Position numbers and translations under genes: made by a program. From an uncultured Pseudomonadota bacterium (lineage in GTDB: Bacteria > Chloroflexota > UBA5177 > JAJPKF01), in NCBI GenBank assembly GCA_963799725.1, contig CAWCYJ010000003.1, positions 9,795-73,794 of the forward strand: a stretch of DNA of 64,000 nt, in the 5' to 3' direction. Under the pieces are notes generated by a model that had not been told where the DNA came from, did no database searches, and saw only the letters and a program-made list of their open reading frames with translations. Positions 37,501 to 47,280 of the stretch are shown here, in pieces. Numbering within the stretch: position 1 is the stretch's first letter; the number at the start of each line of letters is the position of its first letter.

Positions 37501-38743
37501 ATGAAACTTCGTCGATATGTTTGGTCGATTACCGCGGTCCTTGCCCTGGTCTTGGTAGCAGGAGCCGCAGCGTACGCGCAGCGCCCGGCACAACCGAAGG
37601 GGTCATTCCTCGGTGCGTTGAACACAAAGCTATCGCTGAATGTCGGCACGACGCCGCATAACGGCGACGGCAACCCCTACGGCGTGGCTATTGTTCCCAA
37701 AGGGTTTCCGGCGGGAGGGAGGGTCCACTCCGGAGACATCTTGGTAAGCAATTTCAACAATGCTGCAGGAAAACAGGGACTCGGGCGAACCATCGTAGCC
37801 GCATCTCAAAGCGGTAAAGCATCTCTGTTCTTTTCCGCACCCCGTTCCATTAAGCAAGTTGGACTCACGACCGCTCTATACGCTCTTCGTTCAGGAATCG
37901 TCGTCGTTGGCAGCATGCCGACAACCGACGGTACTTCTGGCACCGTAACGGCGGGCAGCCTCATGTTTCTGAGCAAATCCGGATCCCTCCTACTCAACCT
38001 CCAGGACTCCCAGTTCGTGGACGGACCTTGGGATATGACCGCAGACGATCGAGTTACCGCCCGGCCGGTTCTCTACGTGAGCAACGTCTTGAACGGCACG
38101 GTGACGCGCATCGATCTGCACGTTGTTGGAGGCGATCCGACCATCGAGAGCATGACAAGGGTTGCATCGGGATTCCCTCAGCGTGCCGATCCCAGCGCCG
38201 TCTGGGTTGGACCTACCGGACTGCTGTTGTCAAAGAACGATCGATCCCTCTACGTGGCGGACACCGACAGCGACGCCATACGGGTCCTTCATGGCATCGA
38301 CACTGCGAAGAACGACTCTGCTGGTCGTGGAAGTGTGGTCATCTCCGGACCTCCGCTGGAGGGCCCATTGGGTCTTGCCTGGGCACCCAACGGGAACATC
38401 GTTACGTCAAACGGTGATGCGGTTGGTCCGTCACATACCAAGGCGAGCATCAATCGAGTCGTCGAGATCAGCCCTTCCAAACACAAGTTTGTCAAGATCT
38501 CTTCAGCTCGACAAAAGCGGCGTCCCCGGAGCCATCTTCGGTATCGCCATTGGCCCGATTAAGGGCCGAGAGTCGCTGATCTTCGTCGAGGACAATACCA
38601 ACAGCCTGGAGGCACGATCGCACAGATTGATCTCAAGGCCACGCGCCGTTCAACCTTCCAAGTCGATGCCGCATCAGCAGGTGTATCCCGACCCCGTACT
38701 ACTAGATGTAGGATCCACGCCGTTCGACATGTGCTCAGCCTAA
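37501..38743 (+). pseudogene. Secreted NHL/YncE-like beta-propeller repeat protein, 1 frameshift near 38500, C-terminal end uncertain
   Basis: The RBS taggagaagccga precedes ATG and MKLRRYVWSITAVLALVLVAGAAAYA. The repeats read NPYGVAIVP, LYVSNVLNGTVTRI, LYVADTDSDAIRVL and PLGLAWAPNGNIV. The tail continues in the frame of ORF 38162-38743 (DKSGVPGAIFGIAIGP...LIFVEDNTNSLE). Confidence 0.65.
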
Positions 38744-38753
38744 AACAGAAAGG

Positions 38754-39173
38754 ATGTCTTTGATGATTCGTTTCACCCGTGCCGCCCTCATTGTCTTTAT
38801 CGTCGGATTGTTCAGCTTCGCCACGCTGGGAACGTCGCTAGCCGCCCGTCACGCAGCGACCGAGAAGCTCGTGGTCCGCATCAACGCGACCCCGACCAGC
38901 TCAATAGTTTGGGGCTCTGTAAAGATCACCTATGCAGCGGCCGGCAAGACTCATACGGTCGGCGTCTGCAAGACTTCGAGCTGTACCTTCCACCCGCCTG
39001 CAACGGCTACGGTGACTCTCAAGGAGACGCCTAAAGACTCCGCGAGCTGGCCATTCAAGAATTGGACAGTCAAAGCCGGCGGGAAGACCAAGACCTACAC
39101 GGCGGCAAAGATCAGCTTCAAGATGAATAGCAGCGCAGCCACAGCAACTGCCACCTACCGCCTCCCCGACTAG
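38754..39173 (+). CDS. Small secreted Ig-like hypothetical protein
   Basis: The ORF is an intact 139 aa with the signal peptide AALIVFIVGLFSFATLGTSLA and a beta-rich S/T/K composition. Confidence 0.55.
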   Translation: MSLMIRFTRAALIVFIVGLFSFATLGTSLAARHAATEKLVVRINATPTSSIVWGSVKITYAAAGKTHTVGVCKTSSCTFHPPATATVTLKETPKDSASWPFKNWTVKAGGKTKTYTAAKISFKMNSSAATATATYRLPD

Positions 39174-39181
39174 GGGGTCGT

Positions 39182-39223
39182 CCATCAGGGTGAGCGCTCC
39201 TCCCTCGCTGCTCACCCTGATGG
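39182..39223 (+). terminator. Strong hairpin ending the cupredoxin cluster (no U-tract)
   Basis: ccatcagggtgagc / 14 nt / gctcaccctgatgg forms a 14-bp perfect stem. Confidence 0.5.
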
Positions 39224-39324
39224 CGGCGGCTGCTGAAACGGCAAGGCGAGCTCGACGCTCGCAGCAAGAGGATATCGGTATTAAGGACGAGCGATTTGCA
39301 TTTCAAGGCGGCAACAACTGAAGA

Positions 39325-40008
39325 GTGGCATTGCAGCAGAACGAGTCCCAAGAGTATGCTGATTTTGAGCCGTTCAGCGAGCAGTTGTTGTGGCTAATGC
39401 GCTGCACGCGTTGCCGGCAGGATTTCCCGGCCTCCACGACATCGGACTTAGAAGGACAGGTCCCTCACGATACTTTTCCGCAAGCTGTCGGGTCGGAGGT
39501 GAAGTCGTCGAGGGCCGGTGACCAGGAGGAAGTGTTCCAACGCTTCCTTGATCCCGTCTACCGCGTTATCTATCGCCAGGTCGGAAATCAGCAGGATGCC
39601 GAAGATCTCACCTCGGAAGTATTTCTCTCCGCTACCGGTAAGCTCGACGCGACACGGCCGGACAATGAAATCGGCAGGTGGTTGTTCACCGTCACCCGAA
39701 GAGTCATTGCCGATCACTGGAGACGCCACTACAAGCTCCCCCCACGTGTGGACATCGACCAAATCCAGCTGGCCGAAATTGTGCCGATTGACGCCGGACG
39801 GGTATCACGAGAAACAAAGTCCAGTTTTCTGCAGCAGCTTCTAGAAGGACTCACAGAGCGTCAGCGCTCGGTTCTCGAGCTTCGTTTTCTCCACGGATAT
39901 AGCCTTGAAGAGACGGCGGCCGAATTGAGCATCACCATCCAAAACGTCAAAATCATTCAACATCGAGCACTCGCCAAAGCGGCGGGAATGGCGGATCCAG
40001 GGTCATGA
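39325..40008 (+). CDS. ECF-type sigma-70 family sigma factor (start uncertain, probably downstream of 39325)
   Basis: Region 2 reads VYRVIYRQVGNQQDAEDLTSEVFLSA...WLFTVTRRVIADHWRR. Region 4 reads LTERQRSVLELRFLHGYSLEETAAELSITIQNVKIIQHRALAKA. Confidence 0.85.
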   Translation: MALQQNESQEYADFEPFSEQLLWLMRCTRCRQDFPASTTSDLEGQVPHDTFPQAVGSEVKSSRAGDQEEVFQRFLDPVYRVIYRQVGNQQDAEDLTSEVFLSATGKLDATRPDNEIGRWLFTVTRRVIADHWRRHYKLPPRVDIDQIQLAEIVPIDAGRVSRETKSSFLQQLLEGLTERQRSVLELRFLHGYSLEETAAELSITIQNVKIIQHRALAKAAGMADPGS

Positions 40009-40663
40009 ATACAGACGATCCATTTGATGAGGCACTCGAAAGCGTGGTGGAGGGCCAATCTCCAAAAGGGCAGGCTCAAGGCCTGACCGAAGAGGAGCGC
40101 CGTCTGTTGCAGGTGGCTCAGATGATTCGCGGAGCCGGCGACGCTAGACCCCAACCAGAGTTCTCGGAAGGTCTCGCCAGGCGTTTGCAGCCGAGACCCG
40201 ATCAGATCTCTCGCCGCACGGCCGTGATCTCTGGACTCAGTGCGCTGGCGGCAGGTCTGGCAGTTGGCTTTGGAGTAGAGCACGGGCTTGACCAACCCTC
40301 ACAGGAGCACTATTCCACCGCAGAAGCGGATCTGTGGGAGCCAACGGTCGCTGGGAGCATGTCGCCGCGATTCACGAGGTCCCTGAGGGGACCGTAAAGC
40401 CATTCACCTCAGGCGCGATCGCCGGCTTTCTCGTGCATCGCAACGGTCAGCTGTTTGGTCTTTCGGGCGTATGCACTCATATGGGATGCCTGCTGAAGTA
40501 CCGGGGCGGCCAGAACAGATTCAAGTGTCCCTGTCACGGAGCGGAGTTCGACCTTTCCGGAGGGCTCAAAGCCTACCCAGAACATGTCACGACAAAGCTC
40601 CCCGATCTTCCCCGCCTCAAAGTGCGGGTTGTGGGGCAATCGGTGCAGGTATGGACGGCCTAG
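40005..40663 (+). pseudogene. Membrane/Tat-anchored Rieske [2Fe-2S] domain protein in the anti-sigma position, 1 frameshift near 40340-40390
   Basis: The ATG overlaps the sigma stop (ATGA). The N-terminal 65 aa are soluble, followed by SRRTAVISGLSALAAGLAVGFG (twin-arginine/TM). The Rieske domain reads VCTHMGC...CPCHG in ORF 40334-40663. Confidence 0.75.
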
Positions 40664-40732
40664 TCTGGCCGTACCAGACGCTTAGAATGCTCTTGACGAA
40701 ATCCGTTCGACAAAGATCCTAGGAGAGAAGGC

Positions 40733-41143
40733 ATGGACCCTGTAGTACATTTTGAGCTGCCGGCTGAAGACAGAGACCGGATGGCCACCTTTTACTCGAG
40801 CGCATTTGGCTGGAGAGCTCAAAAGTTCGGGCCAGAGATGGGTAACTACACAGTTGTCACTACGACGGAAACAGACGAGAGTGGCCGGCCCAAAGTTCCC
40901 GGAAGCATCAACGGCGGCTTCTATCTAAAGACTGAAGATGTCATCTCCAATGCACCGTCTGTCGTGATCGCCGTGGAAGACATCCAGACCGCGGTGACCC
41001 AAATCGAGAAGGCAGGTGGCACCATGCTCAGTCAGCCCAGCGAGATCCCCGGAGTCGGTCTGTATGCTGTCTTCCGAGACACCGAGGGAAACCGGATGAG
41101 CGTGCTTCAACCTCTACCGCCCCAATCGGAAGGTACAGCCTAA
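40733..41143 (+). CDS. VOC/glyoxalase-family protein
   Basis: The ORF is an intact 136 aa reading VVHFELPAEDRDRMATFYSSAFGW...GVGLYAVFRDTEGNRMSV. Confidence 0.8.
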   Translation: MDPVVHFELPAEDRDRMATFYSSAFGWRAQKFGPEMGNYTVVTTTETDESGRPKVPGSINGGFYLKTEDVISNAPSVVIAVEDIQTAVTQIEKAGGTMLSQPSEIPGVGLYAVFRDTEGNRMSVLQPLPPQSEGTA

Positions 41144-41247
41144 AGGGCCGGAGAGCTAAGACCCCGGTACTTGCCGCTTCGGACCTAACCATCGAGATGG
41201 GCTGAGTTAGCCTCATCGCGTGGTCAGGCAGTGCGCTCCAACTTCAA

Positions 41248-41739
41248 CTAGGAGGCCGTGGGAAGAAACTGGTCGGGGATGAGGCTCTTGATTCCGGGCA
41301 AGAAGTCGCGCATGCCCGCCGCCAAGTAGGAGGAACGCAAGCTGGCCGAGAGCATCGGATCATTCGCCCTTCCCGCAAGCACCAGTAGCGATTCGGCTAA
41401 AACGGCTCCCATAACCACGCCCAAGATGGCCCCCCCGATCTGATCAACCCTCCCGAGGCCGGGAAAGAAACGCAGGCCGTCGCGCACTGTGAGGGCGATC
41501 GAGGCGACCAGAAGGCAGAACAGAAGAAATACGGAAGCATACGAGACCGCGGTCAATGTTACGGAGCGGGTGAAGAAGTTCGCCAAAAAGTCATTGGCGC
41601 CACCATAGTTTTCTCGAGCGACGAAGAGCGCACACACGACGCCCGCGATCAGTGCGGCTTGAAGGAAGAGTCCTTTGGCCATGCCAAACACGGCAGAGGC
41701 CACCACCACCACAACGATGAGTATGTCTAGCCAGTGCAT
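41248..41739 (-). CDS. cvpA: CvpA-family membrane protein
   Basis: The ORF is an intact 163 aa reading WLDILIVVVVVASAVFGMAKGLFLQ... with four TM helices. Confidence 0.75.
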   Translation of the reverse strand: MHWLDILIVVVVVASAVFGMAKGLFLQAALIAGVVCALFVARENYGGANDFLANFFTRSVTLTAVSYASVFLLFCLLVASIALTVRDGLRFFPGLGRVDQIGGAILGVVMGAVLAESLLVLAGRANDPMLSASLRSSYLAAGMRDFLPGIKSLIPDQFLPTAS

Positions 41740-41915
41740 CGAACCGAGGTCGACCTTTCTTCTATCTCCGGTGCTGTCTACGACATGGCCCCTTCAGACC
41801 AGGACTTCAATAGGCGCGGCACGAACCTTCTGGCTAGCAAGTTAGGTACGTCCTTATCCCTTCTGAAGCGATTCCGACGGGACAGCGGTGATGCTAGGAT
41901 GAGCCAAAACTGGAG

Positions 41916-43778
41916 ATGGCGGGAGGGGAGACGCTCTTGACGATAGTAGACGTCGAGGTCGACCGGCCGTGGTTGCGACAGTATCCGGATGGAGTTCCGG
42001 CGACGATCGACTATCCGGATTCCTCCATTGGAGACGTGCTGGAGGATGTCTGCCGGCGGCACGGCGATGCCGAGGCCATTGTTTTCCAGGGCTGCGTGCT
42101 GACCTGGAAAGACATCCATTCCTACTCGAACCGTCTCGCCGGATCACTCAAAGCTAGCGGCGTCGGCAAAGGCGACCGAGTCGCCGTTCTACTCCCGAAT
42201 CTTCCCCAATTCGTCGTTGCCTACTACGCCATCGTGAAGCTTGGCGCCATCATTGTGGCGACAAGCCCACTCCTCAGTGACCCCGAAATCGCCCGCCACG
42301 TTGCGGTGACGAAGCCTCGAGTCCTCATTACTCTCGATGTTTTCTATCCCCGCGTCAGCGAGTCTCTCCAGGAGATGGGTGTAAGTCGCTTGCTGGTATG
42401 CAATGTGTTGGACTTCATGCCGCTTCGAATACGGTTTCTGGCAGGAGTGATCCATCAGGTCGACTCCTGGCTTAAAGAGCCGAGAGTTGCCAGGATCGCT
42501 GCCAACAAAGCACTTAGCTCGGCTGGCGAGCGCATCTTGAGCCGGAGTGAGTCTCTCAAGCGACTTCGCGAAGCTCCCAAACCGGAACGTCCTGTCCGTC
42601 TTACGTCCGAGGTTCGCAGCTTCATGAAGGAAATGCACCGGTACCCTGACGTCTCACCCACTACGAAGGTGTCGCCGGGCGACGTCGCGGCGCTCCTCTA
42701 TACGACGGGTACCACCGGCACGCCTAAGGCCGCTAAGTTAACCCATCGAAACCTGCTGGCGAACGCCTATCAGATGCGTCATTGGTTTCCGGAGCTTGTT
42801 GACGGGCGGGAGACGATCATGGCGGTCCTGCCGTTTTTCCATGCCTACGGGTTGACTCTGGTGATGAATGCCGGCCTCGTGCTCGCCGCGCGCTCCGTCC
42901 TCATCCCACGACCCAACCTCACAGAAATCTTCGAAGTCATCCGCCGCTTCAAGCCAACCGCGCTCCCGGGCGTCCCGGCACTTTTCATCTCCATCGTGAA
43001 CAGCGAGCGCTCGAAAACCTCCGATCTGCGCTCCATTCGCGTTTGCGTCAGCGGCGGTGCTCCTCTTCCGTTGGAGGTGAAGGAACGGTTCGACTCCCTC
43101 ACCGGTGGTCACTTATATGAAGGCTATGGTCTCACCGAGGCGTCACCCCTAACGCACGCCCACCCCTCGAATCAGTCGGCCCCTGCTGGGAGCATTGGGC
43201 TTCCCGTTGCCGACACCGAAGCAAAAATCGTCGACGAGGAGGGTGATCCCGTCCGTCAAGGTGAACCGGGAGAGCTGCTCGTTCGCGGACCACAGATCAT
43301 GGCCGGGTATTGGGAAGAGCAGGAGGAAACGGATCGAGTTCTGCGGAACGGGTGGCTCCATACGGGTGACATCGCCCGCATGGATGAGGAGGGCTACTTC
43401 TTCATCGTGGATCGCAAGAAGGATCTGATCATCACCGGTGGTGAGAACATCGCTCCTCGGGAGATCGAGGAGGCACTCTACCGCCATCCGAAGATTCTGG
43501 AGGTCGCCGTGGCGGGTGTCCCGCATCGATACGGCGGCGAGGTGGCAAAGGCCTGGATCGTTCCTCAACCCGGCGAGACCCTGACCAAGAGCGAAGTGCT
43601 GAAGTGGCTCGACGGCAAACTGGCCCACTACAAGATTCCGCGAGCCGTAGAGTTCCGCGATGCACTGCCCAAGTCGCCGATGGGCAAGGTTCTCCGCCGG
43701 CCTTTGGTCGAGGAAGATGCAGTCAAGCGGGAGATGCGAACAGCGTCGAAGGCCTCTGAGTCAGACTCACAGCAGTGA
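41916..43778 (+). CDS. Long-chain acyl-CoA synthetase (AMP-binding superfamily)
   Basis: The ORF is an intact 620 aa carrying LLYTTGTTGTPKAAKLTHRNL, YEGYGLTEASP, GWLHTGDIARMDEEGYFFIVDRKKDLI and GKVLRR. Confidence 0.9.
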   Translation: MAGGETLLTIVDVEVDRPWLRQYPDGVPATIDYPDSSIGDVLEDVCRRHGDAEAIVFQGCVLTWKDIHSYSNRLAGSLKASGVGKGDRVAVLLPNLPQFVVAYYAIVKLGAIIVATSPLLSDPEIARHVAVTKPRVLITLDVFYPRVSESLQEMGVSRLLVCNVLDFMPLRIRFLAGVIHQVDSWLKEPRVARIAANKALSSAGERILSRSESLKRLREAPKPERPVRLTSEVRSFMKEMHRYPDVSPTTKVSPGDVAALLYTTGTTGTPKAAKLTHRNLLANAYQMRHWFPELVDGRETIMAVLPFFHAYGLTLVMNAGLVLAARSVLIPRPNLTEIFEVIRRFKPTALPGVPALFISIVNSERSKTSDLRSIRVCVSGGAPLPLEVKERFDSLTGGHLYEGYGLTEASPLTHAHPSNQSAPAGSIGLPVADTEAKIVDEEGDPVRQGEPGELLVRGPQIMAGYWEEQEETDRVLRNGWLHTGDIARMDEEGYFFIVDRKKDLIITGGENIAPREIEEALYRHPKILEVAVAGVPHRYGGEVAKAWIVPQPGETLTKSEVLKWLDGKLAHYKIPRAVEFRDALPKSPMGKVLRRPLVEEDAVKREMRTASKASESDSQQ

Positions 43779-44422
43779 GTTCGATCTCCGAAATCCGGCG
43801 GGTGAATGGCCGCCCACCGCGCTGGGAAATCTCGATCGACGGAGAGGTGGTCACCACCTTGACACGCGGCCAAGTGGAAGCAGGAGGTTTCTATACGGGC
43901 CAGGAGCTGGGCGAGACCGAATTCGAGGCCAGGCTGCATCTTGTGATGCTCGAGTCGGCGCACGCGGCGGCGCTTCGCTTCGTCTCCTACCGTCCCCGCA
44001 GCTCAAGGGAGCTACGCAACCATCTCCATCAGCGGGGTTTCTCCGAACCGGTCATTCAGGAGATCACCGAGCGATTGGAGAACGCCCAGCTTTCAGGTGA
44101 TCGAATGTTCTCCCAATTCTGGACAGACAATCGAAGCCAGTTCGGTCCGAGGGGGCGGCTGGCGCTGCAGCAGGAGCTGCGGCATAAAGGAGTGGATCGG
44201 ACGGTCATCGACGAGACTCTGACCGATCTTCCACCTGAGATCGAGCTCGCTTACTCGGCAGCATGCCGGAAGGCGCGCGCCTGGACAGCGCTGGAGGACG
44301 AGGCGCTCGTCGCCAAGCTCACTGATTTCCTCCGCCGGCGTGGGTTTGCCTTTGACGTTTCGCGGCAGACGGCCGAACGAATCCGTCAGGAACGGGAGGA
44401 CCTGGAGACTTCAGACGGGTAG
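43775..44422 (+). CDS. recX: Recombination regulator RecX
   Basis: The GTG overlaps the upstream stop. The sequence reads ALRFVSYRPRSSRELRNHLHQRGFSEPVIQEITERLEN...LQQELRHKGVD...LTDFLRRRGFAFDV. Confidence 0.8.
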   Translation: MSSISEIRRVNGRPPRWEISIDGEVVTTLTRGQVEAGGFYTGQELGETEFEARLHLVMLESAHAAALRFVSYRPRSSRELRNHLHQRGFSEPVIQEITERLENAQLSGDRMFSQFWTDNRSQFGPRGRLALQQELRHKGVDRTVIDETLTDLPPEIELAYSAACRKARAWTALEDEALVAKLTDFLRRRGFAFDVSRQTAERIRQEREDLETSDG

Positions 44423-44506
44423 AATGACATGCTCTGTCGAGCAGGCGAAATCGGGGCGGCAACTCGGCCAGCTCCAAACGCCGATTATGAATGTCTCGGA
44501 GGCTCC

Positions 44507-45512
44507 GTGAGAAGATTCCGTTTTGCCCGCTTTGTCCTACCCCTTGGCCTGCTGCTTGTACTCGCAGGATGCGGGCTCCAACAGGTTCAACCGAAGAGCT
44601 CAACCGGCGAACCCCGGCTCGAACCCTTCCGCCACGACAACGCCATCCCCAACGGCGACTCCCATAGCGACCGTGGTCGTTACCGGAGGAAGCGTCGCCG
44701 CTACCGTCAACGGTAAGTCCATCCCGATGCGCCTTTTCAAAGACTTCATGAATTATGGAGTTGCCGAGGTCCAGGGTCAGGAACCGACAAAGACGATCTA
44801 CCAACAGAACATGCAGCAGCTCATCCAGAACGAGCTAGTGCTGCAGTGGGCACACGCCCATGGCATCAAGGCCAAAGCGAGCCAGGTCAACGCCCAGATC
44901 AATTCAGCCATCAAGAGCGGCGGCGGAAAGAAGGCCTTCGAGAGCACCTTAAAGCAACGAGGTCTCCGAATGGCGGACTTCCGCTACATCGCCAAGGTCA
45001 ACGTCATCACCCCCCAGGTTGAGAACAAGATCAGCCCCCTCCCGAAGTCTGGCCCGATCGCCAGCGCCGAACATATTTTGATCGCTAAAGGCGTCAACAA
45101 GTGCTCGAAGAAGCCTCTGACGAACGCTGCGGCAAAAGCGCTCGCGCAGCACATCCTCACAGAGGTCAAGAACGGCGGCAACTTCGCGGCCCTAGCCAAG
45201 AAGTGCTCCACAGACACAACCAGCGCGGTCAAGGGTGGAGTGCTCTATAACTCGACCAATACCAAGAGCAAGCTGCTCTACCCGGGGAACTTCGTTCCGC
45301 CGTTCGACAAGGCGGTATTCACCGGACCGGTGGGAACGCCGCAGCTCGTACACTCTCAGTACGGCTACCACGTCCTCATCGTTCTCAGCCGCCACACAGG
45401 CGCTTATCCTACGAGCGTCAGGACAACGGCTCAGCAGTTCTACTTCTCTCAGTGGCTCAAGACCCGGCAGGACAAGGCCCAAATCACGAAGTTCGCAAAG
45501 CTCGGAAAGTAG
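44507..45512 (+). pseudogene. PpiC/parvulin-type peptidyl-prolyl isomerase lipoprotein, 1 frameshift near 44610
   Basis: GGAGG lies 5 nt before GTG. The sequence begins VRRFRFARFVLPLGLLLVLAGCG (lipobox). After a frame change it continues ...AATVNGKSIPMRLF...AEHILIAKG...FVPPFDKAVF...VHSQYGYHVLIV. Confidence 0.8.
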
Positions 45513-45546
45513 TCCCGTCCGGCTTCTCAGCCGCTCGTAATCAGGA

Positions 45547-45572
45547 GGCGAGGTTCCAGTTGGAACCTCGCC
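45547..45572. terminator. Bidirectional hairpin between convergent genes
   Basis: ggcgaggttcc / agtt / ggaacctcgcc forms an 11-bp stem, and gcttttt follows 9 nt later on the plus strand. Confidence 0.55.
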
Positions 45573-45610
45573 GTCCTAATGCTTTTTAGAGAGCGTTTGC
45601 GGTGCGACCG

Positions 45611-46313
45611 CTAAGGCACAAAGAGGATCCGGGTGCAGTTCGTGCACTGGATCAGACCGACGCCGCGGGCGTGCTGCACGTCGGCGGGCGGGAGTTGAAC
45701 GCGGCACCACTCACAGAGCCCGTTCTCCACTCGAGAGACGGCATGGCCAAGTCGAGCGCGTAGGCGGCCATAACGTTCGAGCTGAGGACCATCGATCTCG
45801 CCAACCTGTTTGTCTCGTGCCACACGAAGCTCCTCGAGCTCTGATGTGAGGCGAGCCCGCTCCTCGTGCAAGAGCGGCAATTCCCGCTGTCTGGCCTCGG
45901 ATCGCACCTCAACCTGGCGCTTCAAGTCGGAAACCGAGCCCTCCGCAACCTCGATTCGCTCCATGAGATCCATCTCTTCGTCCTCCGCCTCGGAGTGCCT
46001 GACCTTGGCATGGGAGATTTCCGCCTCGATCGAGGCCATCTCCCTGGCGTCATGGATCTGGCCTCCGTACAGGCGATCGTTGAGACGTTTGAGGGAGGCG
46101 GTTAAATCCTCGGCACGTCGCTCAACGGACGCGCAGATCCTTCTGGAGCGCGGCAAGCTGTTCCTCTGCCCTGGTGAGGCTAACCTGCGCCTTCTCGAGG
46201 TCTGGAGAGCCGGAAAGGCGGCGGCCAATCGAGTCGATCTGCGCTTCATGGCTCTCGATCGCAGAGTCGATCTGCTGAAGCTGGTAGAGGGAGGCCGCGA
46301 TCGATGCCATCAT
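45611..46313 (-). pseudogene. DUF164/COG1579 coiled-coil zinc-ribbon protein, 1 frameshift near 46130-46250
   Basis: The N-terminus reads MMASIAASLYQLQQIDSAIESHEAQIDSIGRRL. The C-terminus reads ...NGLCEWCRVQLPPADVQH...IQCTNCTRILF. Confidence 0.7.
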
Positions 46314-46333
46314 TCGAGTGTAGTAAAGGCTAG

Positions 46334-47203
46334 ATGAGAGTGGATGAAACTTCACGGCTCGACGACCTAGCTCCAGCGCATCGCGTCGCCAGCTTTCAGC
46401 AGGAGGTCTTCGACTGGTTCTCAACGGCCGGTCGTGATCTCCCCTGGCGTCACACTCGCGATCCGTACAGGATCATGGTGTCTGAGGTCATGCTTCAGCA
46501 AACGCAGGTATCAACCGTTCTGCCGCGATACTCGGATTTTCTCGCCAGGTTTCCCGATCTCGAGACGCTTGCCTCTGCCCCGCTTGCCTCGGTGCTACAA
46601 GCGTGGCAAGGACTGGGCTACAACCGGCGTGCACTCAACTTGCATCGAGCTGCCCAAGCGGTTGAGCTGGAGTTCGGCGGGCAGGTTCCCTCGACGGTTG
46701 AGGACTTAAAGCGGCTTCCGGGGATCGGACACTACACAGCGACGGCAATTGGCTGTTTTGCCTTCGAGCTTCAGGTTGCAGTCGTGGAGACAAATGTAAG
46801 GAGAGCCATCGAGTGGTTCGTCGATGGAGACGGGTTATCTCAGCTGTCCCCACGACTGATAGAGGGAGTCGCCAACCGGCTTCTCCCTCCGAAACGAGCC
46901 TGGGAGTGGAACCAGGCTCTGATCGACTTTGGAGCGCTGCGAGTTCCACGAAAGCGCGGCCAGGCTCCGTACCAGAAGGCCGATCCACCCTTTCACGAAA
47001 CGGGTCGTTACTGGCGAGGGCGAATACTTCATCTCGTGTGTGGTTCGCCCCACGGTCTCTCAATCGAGCGACTCCTCCACGAGCTGCCCTCTGAGCGCGA
47101 CGAGTACCGCGTCCGGTCGCTGATTGCGGCCATGGAGGCTGAGGGTCTGATGGCAATTGATAAAACCGATGACTCGGTTCGTATTCCGGGAAAGGGTCTT
47201 TAA
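46334..47203 (+). CDS. HhH-GPD DNA glycosylase (MutY/EndoIII-like) lacking the Fe-S cysteine cluster
   Basis: The sequence reads RDLPWRHTRDPYRIMVSEVMLQQTQV...GLGYNRRALNLHRAA...LKRLPGIGHYTA...ETNVRR. The segment after QALIDFGALRV has no Cys (PRKRGQAPYQKADPPF). Confidence 0.75.
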   Translation: MRVDETSRLDDLAPAHRVASFQQEVFDWFSTAGRDLPWRHTRDPYRIMVSEVMLQQTQVSTVLPRYSDFLARFPDLETLASAPLASVLQAWQGLGYNRRALNLHRAAQAVELEFGGQVPSTVEDLKRLPGIGHYTATAIGCFAFELQVAVVETNVRRAIEWFVDGDGLSQLSPRLIEGVANRLLPPKRAWEWNQALIDFGALRVPRKRGQAPYQKADPPFHETGRYWRGRILHLVCGSPHGLSIERLLHELPSERDEYRVRSLIAAMEAEGLMAIDKTDDSVRIPGKGL

Positions 47204-47280
47204 AGAACAGAACCGCGGACGCAACCGCGAATACCTGAACACTTCGTAGACTGAAGTACCAGCGGAGGAGGACGGGCACC

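Noticed and set aside
37024-38562. Single 512-aa ORF in the ORF track.
   Set aside because: It is a chimera. The cupredoxin ends in the +1 frame at 37411, and a separate gene with its own RBS and signal peptide starts at 37501.
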